Of a stretch of DNA of 64,000 bases, positions 36,272 through 45,838 are shown piece after piece (position 1 is the first letter of the stretch; every line of letters starts with the position of its first letter). The stretch comes from Candidatus Aenigmatarchaeota archaeon (lineage in GTDB: Archaea > Aenigmatarchaeota > Aenigmatarchaeia > QMZP01 > QMZT01). Where the stretch lies: assembly GCA_026397315.1 (NCBI GenBank), contig JAPLVC010000001.1, positions 149,111-213,110 of the forward strand. Direction: 5' to 3'. The notes under the pieces were generated by a model. That model searched no databases and was not told the DNA's origin. It was given only the letters and a program-made list of their open reading frames with translations. Position numbers and translations under genes: made by a program.

Positions 36272-37755
36272 TTCTTTCCACCCTGCTTTTCTCCATGCAA
36301 AAGATTAAGTATGTTGTCGTCTTCCTCTTTCGATACGCCTGGCGTTATTTCCGTCAGCAGCGCCAAATGCTTTCGAAGCCCGATTGAGCTGCCTTCTGGC
36401 GTTTCGGCCGGGCACAAGCGACCCCATTCGGTCGGATGAATCTGCCTCGCCTTGAAATGCTCCTGCGTTGGCGTCAGGGGCGAGAGAACCGAACGCAAGT
36501 GAGAAACCGTCTTTATGTAAGAACTTCTGTCCAGGCGCTGCGATACGCCAGTGCGCCCGCCTATCCACGTTCCGGTCGCCAGCGACGAAAGAATCTGCTT
36601 CGTCACGGTGTTTGCCTCTATTATTGACTGGACTGACGGGAACTTGCCTCTCTTGACAAGTTTCTGGTAGTTGTAAGTCATCTTCGCTATAAGGCCCCAT
36701 CGTCCCAGAAGTATGGAGCGGAACAACTGCCCGAACAGTTCGCCAGACATTAGTAACCGCTTGTTCGAGTAGTGGTCTATGTCATCCTCTGGTGAGAGAT
36801 CGAGTCTTATGTATATGCACTTCCTGATTATCCTCGCCAGGTATTTGCTCTTCCTTATCCTGTCGCCTACCTCCTGGCCCAGATGGGGCAGCAGGTAGCG
36901 GTCAAGGATCTGGTTTACCCTTTCATCTATGTAATCTTTGGTAACCTTGAGTTTCTTGCCTATGTAATCGACCGCTTCCTCCGTCGTTATGACGTCGGTC
37001 TCGTAAAGGTTCGTGTAGAACTCGTTAAGAATCTTGTCTTCCCTCGAGACGAGGTCGCAAAGTTCCTTGTCGTTCTCCAGGCCCAGCGCCTTCATGAGGA
37101 CGACTATCGGCAGCTTCTTGATGTTGGCAAACGAGATGGTTATTTCTCCGTCGGGCTTCATTTCGACCAGGTGACGCTGCTTGAATCCCGACTTCTCGGA
37201 GTTTATCCTCACGGACACGCCGCTGTTTTCGGTTTTCTCGAAAATCGGCTTGTTCGAAGTGATTTCCTCGATTAAAACCAGCACGCGTTCGGTACCATTG
37301 ACGACGAAGTATCCCCCAGGGTCGGTCGGGTCTTCGCCCGCGGCGATCAGCTCTTCGTCAGAGATGCCGGTAAGGTTGCATATCTTGGATTTGACCATGA
37401 CGGGCAGGTCGCCTACGTGGACCGTTTCCGACTTCTCCTGCACGCCGTTGAAAATGGGAGTGAGTTTGACGTAAATGGGCGCCATGTAGTTCAGGTTGCG
37501 TATTCTCGCCTCGTTCGGGTATATCGCTCTGCTCGAGCCGTCCGCTTCGTGGACGACGGGCTTGCCCAAAGCGACCTCGCCGAACTTTATCTTCAGGTCT
37601 TCCTTGTCCTGCACGACGCGAATGGTGCCGACCTCATTTATGATTTTCTGCAGGCCGAAGTCAATGAAGTTATTGAAAGACTCGACCTGATATCGCACCC
37701 ATTCCTTTTCCTTCCCGAAACCGCCAACTATAGTGACAACCGACATACAAATCAC
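36268..37755 (-). CDS. rpoB2: DNA-directed RNA polymerase subunit B'' (N-terminal part of split B)
   Basis: 495 aa; the stop overlaps the rpoB1 start. Confidence 0.9.
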   Translation of the reverse strand: MICMSVVTIVGGFGKEKEWVRYQVESFNNFIDFGLQKIINEVGTIRVVQDKEDLKIKFGEVALGKPVVHEADGSSRAIYPNEARIRNLNYMAPIYVKLTPIFNGVQEKSETVHVGDLPVMVKSKICNLTGISDEELIAAGEDPTDPGGYFVVNGTERVLVLIEEITSNKPIFEKTENSGVSVRINSEKSGFKQRHLVEMKPDGEITISFANIKKLPIVVLMKALGLENDKELCDLVSREDKILNEFYTNLYETDVITTEEAVDYIGKKLKVTKDYIDERVNQILDRYLLPHLGQEVGDRIRKSKYLARIIRKCIYIRLDLSPEDDIDHYSNKRLLMSGELFGQLFRSILLGRWGLIAKMTYNYQKLVKRGKFPSVQSIIEANTVTKQILSSLATGTWIGGRTGVSQRLDRSSYIKTVSHLRSVLSPLTPTQEHFKARQIHPTEWGRLCPAETPEGSSIGLRKHLALLTEITPGVSKEEDDNILNLLHGEKQGGKK

Positions 37756-37997
37756 ACAACTAGCCTGTAATAAACGTATTCTCCGGCGACTTCGGATTTT
37801 CTCTTTATCTCGAGGATGTCGCCCTTCTTGGCCTCGATATTCGTGACTATGGGATCAACCTGAAGAATTTTAGGTAATTTTTCTTTCGTGGTTTTGAGTT
37901 TTTCGAGAAGCCTCGCCTTCTCCTCGTCTGAAAGGACCCTGAATTTAGGAACTAGGACATGTTCTAAAATGTTAATGCAATCACCCTTTAAACTCAC
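37752..37997 (-). CDS. rpoH: DNA-directed RNA polymerase subunit H
   Basis: 81 aa; HVLVPKFRVLSDEE...KGDILEI. Confidence 0.8.
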   Translation of the reverse strand: MSLKGDCINILEHVLVPKFRVLSDEEKARLLEKLKTTKEKLPKILQVDPIVTNIEAKKGDILEIKRKSEVAGEYVYYRLVV

Positions 37998-38159
37998 AAG
38001 GCTTAGCAGCCGTAGAGGAGTTTTAAGTTTTTAATGGGTATAGTATGGTGTAGGCGTGGTTCGATAACTAAAATAGATAAACTTGTTATTTAAATACTTT
38101 TCGGCTTTTGTCGTCTTTTTCCGGCCAAAAAGGCAAAAAACCGGATTTTCAGGGGTTTT

Positions 38160-38177
38160 GGAGAAAAAAAGAGGGAG
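38160..38177 (-). terminator. T-rich tract immediately 3' of tRNA-Lys
   Basis: The minus strand reads CTCCCTCTTTTTTTCTCC directly after the tRNA discriminator base, an archaeal oligo-T terminator. Confidence 0.35.
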
Positions 38178-38323
38178 TGAGCCCGGCGGGAATCGAACCC
38201 GCGACCCCCAGATGTCTTTCCGCACCTTGTTCTGTCATTGGCTTTCGCCAGAAAGCGATAACCTCAGCATACTTTTATCGAACAGATAAAAGTCTGGTGC
38301 TCTACCGATTGAGCTACAGGCCC
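38178..38323 (-). tRNA. tRNA-Lys (anticodon UUU) with a ~73-nt intron at the canonical 37/38 position
   Basis: Acceptor GGGCCUG/CGGGCUC (two G-U pairs), D-arm GCUC-AAUCGGUA-GAGC, anticodon stem CCAGA/UCUGG, loop CUUUUA+A, T-arm GCGGG-UUCGAUU-CCCGC, discriminator A. Confidence 0.75.
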
Positions 38324-38412
38324 ACGCAGCGACAGACGCAGTTTGCGACTGCGTCATACGCTTGCAGCGACAGACGACCTGAAATATAAATTCAAGTCGT
38401 CAATTGCTGCGA

Positions 38413-38523
38413 CGCCCTGGCCGGGAGTTTCAGACGGACGCAGATAAAATCTGCGTCATGCGCCTTTGAACCCGGGTCCTCGAAGTGACAGTCCGAGATG
38501 ATAGGCCACTACACTACCAGGGC
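38413..38523 (-). tRNA. tRNA-Asp (anticodon GUC) with a 38-nt intron at the non-canonical 59/60 position in the T-loop
   Basis: Acceptor GCCCUGG/CCAGGGC, anticodon stem UCGGA/UUCGA, loop CUGUCAC, T-stem CCGGG / CCCGG with the loop UUCAAA|intron|U, discriminator G. Confidence 0.75.
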
Positions 38524-38630
38524 AGAGTTTTCTGGTTGATAATATTTCTAATCACGTCCAATATTTATAAATCTGAAAAAAGGCAGGAAAAACACTAAAC
38601 GGAAAAACGAAGCAAAAAAGATTAACAAGA

Positions 38631-38746
38631 GGTGAGCAGCTATCTGAGGTTCCCCCTTGTTCAGGAGTACTTTCCAGACCGTCGGAAAGTTTAACTTCCG
38701 TGTTCGAAATGGGAACGGGTGAACCTTTCCACTTTGGCCGCTCAAT
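38631..38746 (-). rRNA. rrf: 5S ribosomal RNA
   Basis: The minus strand has ..CACCCGUUCCCAUUUCGAACACGGAAGUUAAAC.., matching the universally conserved 5S loop and helix region. Helix I pairs 5' UGAGCGGC with 3' GCUGCUCA. Length is about 116 nt. Confidence 0.7.
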
Positions 38747-38995
38747 ACTTCTATTGCCGGCTACTATTTAAAAGCTTTGCGTCCTGAAAAAAATAGGCCC
38801 AGCCTAGAATTTAATCAATATGAGCATTATAGCCATAACTATGCCAGCCAGATAAATCCTGCGCTCGAGTCTTGCAAAGTTAATGCTCATGTAAAATCAC
38901 AAATGTGAAGTATACTATGAAGAGATAAGTTTTTAAACGTGTTTACCGCCCGGATCGTCCAAAAAACATGGTTTCAGTATTAAAAAAAAGAAGTA

Positions 38996-39189
38996 TCCCC
39001 CGGGTGAGATTTCCATACGCGAAAGCTGCTGGTTTTCGCTTAAGCCTTTTCAACAAAAGGCTTATTTTGAACTCACAACCTATCGGTTTCTGAAGCGACT
39101 GCGAATGACCAACACACTCGTAAAACCGAGTTTAAGTCACCGTGCGAGAGTCTACAGCCGATCGCTCCACCAGATTGAGCTACCGAGGG
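38996..39189 (-). tRNA. tRNA-Tyr (anticodon GUA, C1-G72) with two introns (~64 nt at 37/38 and ~57 nt at 59/60)
   Basis: Acceptor CCCUCGG/CCGGGGG, D-arm GCUC..GAGC, anticodon stem AUCGG/CCGAU, loop CUGUAG|intron|A, T-stem GUGAG/CUCAC perfect, T-loop UUCAAA|intron|U, discriminator A. C1-G72 is the archaeal/eukaryal Tyr identity pair. Confidence 0.7.
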
Positions 39190-39208
39190 ATGCACGCAAT
39201 ACGCGTAA

Positions 39209-39218
39209 TATTATATAA
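39209..39218 (-). promoter_or_regulatory. TATA-box-like element upstream of tRNA-Tyr
   Basis: The minus strand reads TTTATATAAT, centred about 25 nt upstream of the tRNA 5' end. Confidence 0.4.
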
Positions 39219-39405
39219 ACGTCTCCAGAATTTAAATATTGGCCAGACCACGGTCATTATCAGTCGGAGTATAAGAACGGTGGAATCCTTTATCTAAAAA
39301 TGTTCTTTTTTAGTTTTTTGTTGTCTTTTTGAATAGCACTTGAACCATTAATTGCATTTTGTGTTTCGTGCGCCCATCTATCAGGTTATCAGATGCTTTA
39401 TGATA

Positions 39406-42360
39406 TCAACATCCGGGTTTGCTGCCTTTTCCGAAGTCCTTGCCTATCGTGACCAGATCGAAAATGTTGACTCCCGAGTCATGGTTTATGTCAGCAGCCA
39501 CGTTGAAGCCGGAAGTCAAACCGAAGTTTGTGGCGACAAGAACCGCATCGGAAATATCCACGCAGTGGTCCCCGGTCGTATCGCCGGAGCACAACGGGTC
39601 AGTGCCGTCGCAATTCTCGTCTGCGCTATTGTCGCATATTTCTGTTGTTGGGTTTATTGATCCTGTGCAGTTGCTCCATTGTCCTGCTACGCAGGTTTGG
39701 TTTCCTAGTTTGCAGATTCCTATGTTGTTTGTTCCGCATGTTTTTTTCTGCCCTGCTGTGCAGTTGCATGTAGAGCATAATGAAAGATTAACTCCATATG
39801 AATTTCCTTCAGGCAATACTATTGACAAATTGCCATAACTATTCGTAATGGCAGTTGTATTCAGAATTGAATTGATAAATAGATTATAAGTCCTGTCTGG
39901 AATAAGACCTGTTTTATTCATGATTGTTGGTTTATCCATCCTTTCTACGTAAAATGTCGTTTTAATATTAGACAGATTCTTTATTACAAACCAATTAGCA
40001 GATGCGTTAGAATAACAGTTTTGAGTTGGTGAGATAAATGTGTAGTTTGCAATTGTAATTTTTTGGTTGCAATAATGATATATGTTAAAATTTGATTTAT
40101 TCATCACGTAGTATTTTGTGTTATTAATTGTTTTTACTAATTCTCGCATATACAATTCATTGCCCGAATAATTTAGATGCACAACATCATAAAGAAGCGA
40201 AGTATTCCCTCCCATCAAATACTGAATTTCCATAAAGGGAATCTGATTGTCAATTGCGATTTGCCTTAAGCCAGCATCATATAATGATTGAATTGTGCGA
40301 TTGTCATAATTTGTTATATATAATGTAGTTGTAGAAGTTATTAGAGTTGTGTTTAAAGCATTGTTTTTTATTCCCTCAAGTAATATCCTGGCATCTCTTG
40401 TGTACTCTGAAGCTGATACTCCCTTCGGAATATCATTTATGTTTGGGAGAACATACGCGAAGCGAGGATTGTACGAAACAACGTCATTCATATATCTATT
40501 TACAGCACTTGTAGCAGGATTTGGGCACGTGCTAGCTAAGCAAGACCCGTCTATCCCTTTATTCACGGAGGTTAGATTCCAAAATGAGTAATTTGTAGCT
40601 AATTCTAAAGCCGCAGGTGCGATGAAACTTCCACGAGGAAACCCCCTCATTACAGAATCACCAAGGCCAAGAAGAGTATTATTCCAAGAATTGACTGCGG
40701 GTGTCGTGCCGTTCACTGTTATATTAATGTTTGGAGTGAAGTCCCCGAACCATTCCACTCCCTCTTTAAGCATCCTCCATCTTAGTACATATGTTCCGAG
40801 CTTGGATGGAGCGATGATGGTGAACCTGAACTCCTTGCTCGACCCGGGATTCACTATCTCACCCTGATTAAGAAATGCTCCGGAAATAACCCAAACGCTG
40901 TCATTCCCTGATTGAATCCCCAGACGATGAGAACTCGCCTTAGTCCATGCCGTCGTACCAGTATTATTCATGGTGACAGAGATATTATAATTTTTTCCAG
41001 CAGCCATCCTTGTTGGAATAGACTGTGAGACGAACCGAGCATTATTCACAGGAGGCTGAGTCGTATTTTGATACTTGCAGCTTTGATTGCACAGCCCGGT
41101 TCCTGGTGCCTTGCCATTGCAGGATTGTGATGCGTTGCAGGCGGAATCACAGAGGTTATTTCCAGAACCGCCAGGCCTTACTGTTAATGTACCATTGCAT
41201 TTTGCTTGTTCCGCGTTTCTATAGCTGACTCCGTTCACCCCGCAGAATGGATTCGGGTCCTGGATGCTGCACATGACTTCTTTCCCCCAGGCTTTATGCT
41301 GGGCCAGCATATCAGGGACATGCAAGCCAATTCCCAAGCACTTCATTGTGGTGGCTGAAAGATATGCATTATAAGCCGCGGCAGTAGAATATGTGAATCC
41401 TATCACTCCTACCACATCAGAATCAGATTTAGCCCAATCATAATACCATTGCTGCTGGCAAATGCTCGGTATCTGACTTATGCCCCAGCCTCCGCCATAT
41501 TGATTGCACTTAAAATTCTGCGGTATCAAAAGTATTTTTTTGGAGGAATCAGAATGAACAACCCTATCAATCTCGGCCAATTGTTCCGCTGTACATCCAT
41601 CGGGATAAGGCTCATCACAAGGGGCATATTGGATTATAGTGCCGCCGGATTTAACCCAATAAAAAACATCGTTCATTTGATCAAGGAAAGATTGTTTATT
41701 AGCGGCATTGCATGCGAAAGGGTTTGTATGCGAAGCTTCATAATCAGTGGTGAAAAAGTATGGGTCAAGGGCTATAAAGTCTAATTTTGGATTATTGAGA
41801 ACTGATCTGCCGCCATCGCCGCCCCAAGCCACATTAAAAACAATAAATGTCTCTATATTTGGAAAGTATTCTTTTGATAGATTGATAATCAAATCAACTC
41901 TTTCTGGATGATGTATAAACTCAAAATAATTATACGTGTTTGGCTCATCCATCAAATAAAATGACCAGACTTTATCAGCATTAGCGCCAAGATTAGTCTT
42001 TATCTTATCGAGGCAGCTTCGCCACACACTTTCTGATTCCCAAAAATTATGTGCATAATAAGATGTAAGCGAAAGAATTATCTTATGACCATTATTATAT
42101 GCAAAATTTATATTCGTGTCATAAGTCTTATTGCTGGTATCACAGGAAGCACCAATAAAAACGATGTTCGTGAAGAGGGAGAGATTCGCCTCTTCTGCGG
42201 TGCCGGTCCTCACAGGGGCGCCATAAAATCCATAATATTTTAAGTTGGTCGAAGAAGCTTGCGCGATTCCGATAGTATTTTCAAATAGACATGAAATGAT
42301 TAAGACGACGGTAGTAATTACTAATAAGAGAATGGGCCTCTTCATAAAAACAATAATCAT
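39406..42360 (-). CDS. large secreted Cys-rich protein with a putative glycoside-hydrolase-like N-terminal region and a C-terminal dockerin-like Ca-binding repeat
   Basis: A signal peptide is followed by ~950 aa with many Cys, many N-x-S/T sequons and a LMDEPN segment. The C-terminus ADINHDSGVNIFDLV matches the dockerin/EF-hand loop DxNxDxxVNxxD. The gene is AT-rich relative to its neighbours. Confidence 0.6.
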   Translation of the reverse strand: MIIVFMKRPILLLVITTVVLIISCLFENTIGIAQASSTNLKYYGFYGAPVRTGTAEEANLSLFTNIVFIGASCDTSNKTYDTNINFAYNNGHKIILSLTSYYAHNFWESESVWRSCLDKIKTNLGANADKVWSFYLMDEPNTYNYFEFIHHPERVDLIINLSKEYFPNIETFIVFNVAWGGDGGRSVLNNPKLDFIALDPYFFTTDYEASHTNPFACNAANKQSFLDQMNDVFYWVKSGGTIIQYAPCDEPYPDGCTAEQLAEIDRVVHSDSSKKILLIPQNFKCNQYGGGWGISQIPSICQQQWYYDWAKSDSDVVGVIGFTYSTAAAYNAYLSATTMKCLGIGLHVPDMLAQHKAWGKEVMCSIQDPNPFCGVNGVSYRNAEQAKCNGTLTVRPGGSGNNLCDSACNASQSCNGKAPGTGLCNQSCKYQNTTQPPVNNARFVSQSIPTRMAAGKNYNISVTMNNTGTTAWTKASSHRLGIQSGNDSVWVISGAFLNQGEIVNPGSSKEFRFTIIAPSKLGTYVLRWRMLKEGVEWFGDFTPNINITVNGTTPAVNSWNNTLLGLGDSVMRGFPRGSFIAPAALELATNYSFWNLTSVNKGIDGSCLASTCPNPATSAVNRYMNDVVSYNPRFAYVLPNINDIPKGVSASEYTRDARILLEGIKNNALNTTLITSTTTLYITNYDNRTIQSLYDAGLRQIAIDNQIPFMEIQYLMGGNTSLLYDVVHLNYSGNELYMRELVKTINNTKYYVMNKSNFNIYHYCNQKITIANYTFISPTQNCYSNASANWFVIKNLSNIKTTFYVERMDKPTIMNKTGLIPDRTYNLFINSILNTTAITNSYGNLSIVLPEGNSYGVNLSLCSTCNCTAGQKKTCGTNNIGICKLGNQTCVAGQWSNCTGSINPTTEICDNSADENCDGTDPLCSGDTTGDHCVDISDAVLVATNFGLTSGFNVAADINHDSGVNIFDLVTIGKDFGKGSKPGC

Positions 42361-42504
42361 AAATATTATATATAAAACAATAAATTTGCGTTAAGTCTAT
42401 ACAAGGTTGCCAAAAAATAATCGATTCTGGGAATTTAAAATAAAAGTATTGAAACAAAGTCCTGATTTATCCGTATTCGATTCTTAAAAAATTATTCGGC
42501 CGCT

Positions 42505-43866
42505 TTACTCCAGGATGACTTCACGAGAGAAGACTTTTGTCTTCCCTTCGCTTTCTTCCATGCCCGTCCTGTAGGAAATGTATGCCCTCGGCATCTTGAG
42601 CTGCGCCTCGACGAGCGGCTGAATCTTGTATGAAAGGTAAATCTGGCTTCTCGGCTTCATGTCGCCGAGATTCCAAAAGAGCTCGGTCCCGTATTCCGTT
42701 TCCCTTATGACCGGCTTGGGCCCGCCAAACTCGGGAAGGACTTTGCCGAGCGCCGTTACCCTGTCCTTGACTATGACGTTCTTCAGGTCGCTCATGACAG
42801 GGCCCTTTATCTCGAGAACTATGATGTGTTCGTTCCTCTTTTTCACGTGGCTCTTCTTTATCGACGGCGCCCTGACCTTGACCGCGCCCATTCCCAGAAG
42901 AGCGACAAGGCAGAATATCATGATGAAGGAGCCGATGACGAAGGGTAGCCTGCTTATGTTGTATACGAATGAGACGCTCTTGCCAACTGCAAGACCCTCG
43001 ACCCTCCAGTTGTAGCTGACGGCGCTGCCATCTATGAGCGTGCTGGACGGTGTGTCGACAAAGCCAACATACTGGTTCGCCTGCACGCTGTCAGAAGCGA
43101 CGTAGTCTTCAGGTGTGTTGCCTTCATTCGTGACTGTTATTATGACATCCTGTCCAAAAGGCGTGGAAACGACTTCCTTCTTGGTCACGACCTCGTGTAT
43201 GGCAGTGACTGCGAACGAACTCTGCGCCTTCACGCCGAATTCCGGCATGTCGACCTTGACTATGTAATTGCCGGCGAGAAGTTCGCCGAGTTCGAATGCC
43301 TGGGTGATGACCCCTATACCACTGACCTGCTTATTCATTTCAAAATGCTTTACAAGGTTGCCGCCGGCATCGAAAACATCGAAAGGTATTTTCACGGTCC
43401 TGCTGCTCTTGGACGTGACTTTCGCCTCCACCAGAAGCTGGGTTCCAGTGATTTCGCTTTTCAGTTCCTTGACGTCGAACTCCTTTTCCGGAATAACTGT
43501 AAGCTCTATGGCTTTGGAGTCAATCCTTTCAGTGTGGTCTTTCGCATAAACAATGACGCTGTAGTCGTATTTCCCCTCGAGAGTCGGGTAGAAGAAAAGG
43601 CCTATGTCCTGGCTTTCGCCGCCGGCAATGGTCGTGAAATAGCCGCCCAGGTTAAGCCATTCGAGATGCGGGCCGGTGACCGTTATCACGAACTCCTCGG
43701 ACATCGGGTAGTCATTATTTATCTGTATATTATACCACCCGTTCTGTCCAGTCTCCACTTCGACTGAAGAAGGCGAGACGCTTATCTCGACGGCGCGCGC
43801 GGGACTTGCAAAAAATGCGAGCGAAAAAATTGACAAAACACAGACTAATAGGACTAGCTTTTTCAT
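42505..43866 (-). CDS. cell-surface protein (signal peptide, beta-rich ectodomain, single TM anchor, cytoplasmic tail)
   Basis: N-terminal MKKLVLLVCVLSIFSLAFFASPARA, an internal TM helix LPFVIGSFIMIFCLVALLGMGAV, and a ~120-aa C-terminal tail. Confidence 0.55.
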   Translation of the reverse strand: MKKLVLLVCVLSIFSLAFFASPARAVEISVSPSSVEVETGQNGWYNIQINNDYPMSEEFVITVTGPHLEWLNLGGYFTTIAGGESQDIGLFFYPTLEGKYDYSVIVYAKDHTERIDSKAIELTVIPEKEFDVKELKSEITGTQLLVEAKVTSKSSRTVKIPFDVFDAGGNLVKHFEMNKQVSGIGVITQAFELGELLAGNYIVKVDMPEFGVKAQSSFAVTAIHEVVTKKEVVSTPFGQDVIITVTNEGNTPEDYVASDSVQANQYVGFVDTPSSTLIDGSAVSYNWRVEGLAVGKSVSFVYNISRLPFVIGSFIMIFCLVALLGMGAVKVRAPSIKKSHVKKRNEHIIVLEIKGPVMSDLKNVIVKDRVTALGKVLPEFGGPKPVIRETEYGTELFWNLGDMKPRSQIYLSYKIQPLVEAQLKMPRAYISYRTGMEESEGKTKVFSREVILE

Positions 43867-43985
43867 ACTTCTTTATATCGCGTGCAGATTTAAATTATTT
43901 CATTGAGCCTGCCGCGACGGCGAATGCGGTTTTTTGGATTTTTTCATGAAAAAAATTATAAAAACAGCACTGACAATTAAGGATT

Positions 43986-44654
43986 ATGAAAGATGCGCTA
44001 GTCCTGCTGATAAATCTCAAGACGTATGACGAAGGCACGGGAGCGAACGCGCTGAAACTTGCGAAAGCCGCTTTCTCACTAGGGAAAGAAAAGGTAGAGA
44101 TAATATTCGCAGCGCAGGCAACCGACATAAGAATGCTTTCGAAAGAAACGCACATTCCAATTTTCGCGCAGCACGTCGACTCGGTGAAGTTCGGCTCGAG
44201 CACGGGATGGATTCTGCCGGAAGCCGTAAAATCCGCTGGAGCTAGCGGCACGCTGCTCAACCATTCCGAAAGGCGCATCGATTTCGAAACCGCGAAGCGC
44301 TCGCTAGCAAGATGCCGCGAACTGGGCCTGCGCGTGGTCATGTGCGCCGAGTCGCCTGAAAAAGCGCAAGAGCTCGCGTCGCTAAGGCCGGATTATATTG
44401 CAATAGAGCCGCCCGAACTCATAGGCGGCGACATCTCGGTATCGAAGGCGAAACCAGAAGTTATAACTGAATCCGTGCAGAAAGTCCACGCGGTCGCGCA
44501 CGTCCCTGTCCTCTGCGGCGCTGGCGTCAAGGATGGCGAAGACGTGCGCAAAGCGCTAGCGCTAGGCGCGAAGGGCATACTCGTCGCTTCCGGCGTCGTC
44601 AAAGCGAAAAACCCTGTGGAAGCGATAAAAAATCTTCTGGTCGGGTTCGAATAA
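43986..44654 (+). CDS. tpiA: triosephosphate isomerase (archaeal type)
   Basis: LINLKTY...LLNHSERR...IAIEPPELIGG...GAGV. Confidence 0.9.
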   Translation: MKDALVLLINLKTYDEGTGANALKLAKAAFSLGKEKVEIIFAAQATDIRMLSKETHIPIFAQHVDSVKFGSSTGWILPEAVKSAGASGTLLNHSERRIDFETAKRSLARCRELGLRVVMCAESPEKAQELASLRPDYIAIEPPELIGGDISVSKAKPEVITESVQKVHAVAHVPVLCGAGVKDGEDVRKALALGAKGILVASGVVKAKNPVEAIKNLLVGFE

Positions 44655-44668
44655 GGAAATGAAGAAAT

Positions 44669-45172
44669 ATGTACAAGCATCATGTTTATTCTACATCCAG
44701 GATGAACTGGATAAAAAAGAGCAAGGCAAAAACGTCAGGATGCCTTTTCTGCCGCGTCGCTAGAGACGACCCGCACGTCGAGAAGGAAATTATTTACAAG
44801 ACAAAAGATATCATGGTCGCGATGAACATCTATCCTTACAACACGGGACATCTGCAAGTCGTGCCATTAAGACACGTGGAAAAGTTCGAGGAGCTGAGCG
44901 AGAGCGAGATAGCGTCGCTTTTCGTCATGACGCAGAAATGCGTGAAGCTTTTGAAAAAAGTCCTGAATCCCGACGGCTTCAACATCGGCATGAACATCGG
45001 AGGCGACGTCGCGGGCGCGTCTGTCATGCATCTCCACGTCCACGTGGTCCCGCGCTTCGTCAGGGACAGTGGCTTCATGGAAGCCGCATGCGAAACTAAA
45101 GTCCTGCCGCAGACCGTCAGCCAAGTCGCAGAAAAACTAAAGAAGGAAGTTAAGATGCTAAAAAGTGAGTGA
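44669..45172 (+). CDS. HIT-family hydrolase
   Basis: Histidine triad HLHVHVVPR. A CLFC motif is upstream. The start may be an internal Met (MNWIKK). Confidence 0.75.
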   Translation: MYKHHVYSTSRMNWIKKSKAKTSGCLFCRVARDDPHVEKEIIYKTKDIMVAMNIYPYNTGHLQVVPLRHVEKFEELSESEIASLFVMTQKCVKLLKKVLNPDGFNIGMNIGGDVAGASVMHLHVHVVPRFVRDSGFMEAACETKVLPQTVSQVAEKLKKEVKMLKSE

Positions 45173-45173
45173 T

Positions 45174-45734
45174 TCATTCAAAGAAGCCGAGCTTGTTCAT
45201 AATTTGTCTGACTTCCGGTGAAAATGAATCCAGATTGATGAAATTTTTGATTTTTATATGGCCACGGTTTCTCTCGGCAAAATCCATTAAACTTTCCATG
45301 AAATATGATGCTCCTTTTGCGAAATCTTTTCTGGCAACATCTGACGCAATTTCCTTCTCACGCCCCATGAAACTTTTCTCAAACAGCCTGTAAAGTCTGA
45401 AATTAGACAGCTTACCACCAACAGTCAGATAGCCTTTGTATTTGTCGTTTGTAATGTCTGGGTTGAGGAGATTTATGCGCAGTAATTTTTCTTCACCGTG
45501 TCTTATATCACTGCTTCTAACTAAATGCGCAGGTAAAAACGTACCTCTTTGAGTAAGCATACCATCTTCTATAGCGACATGAATACCTGACTCGCTGAAA
45601 TCTATTCCTGTATTACTGGCTTCTCCGAAAGGTCTATATGCAATGGACGGAAATCCGTTTCGGTATGTTGTTTCTATTACAGAAACAGGAGCGAATTTAG
45701 CATCCTGAACGTAATTCTGGCTTGGCATAAACAA
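45174..45734 (-). CDS. conserved hypothetical protein
   Basis: 186 aa with typical codon usage and no recognised domain. Confidence 0.5.
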   Translation of the reverse strand: MFMPSQNYVQDAKFAPVSVIETTYRNGFPSIAYRPFGEASNTGIDFSESGIHVAIEDGMLTQRGTFLPAHLVRSSDIRHGEEKLLRINLLNPDITNDKYKGYLTVGGKLSNFRLYRLFEKSFMGREKEIASDVARKDFAKGASYFMESLMDFAERNRGHIKIKNFINLDSFSPEVRQIMNKLGFFE

Positions 45735-45838
45735 TCGCTGGAACCAAGCTTTTTAAAAGTATCGTTTTCACTACTTTTTGGTTCTCTATATATGTATATA
45801 ATATATCCAACGCTCTTGGTGCTGAGGCGTTCAGGGTG

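Noticed and set aside
38324-38412. Possible mini CRISPR array between the tRNAs
   Set aside because: Only two 13-nt direct repeats with unequal spacing are present. There are no cas genes and no repeat-spacer periodicity.
38806-38889. 28-codon hydrophobic micro-ORF (MSINFARLERRIYLAGIVMAIMLILIKF) on the minus strand between 5S and tRNA-Tyr, flanked by a 10-bp inverted repeat
   Set aside because: It is too short and sits in an RNA-gene spacer. It is more likely a structured spacer, but a membrane micropeptide cannot be excluded without expression data.
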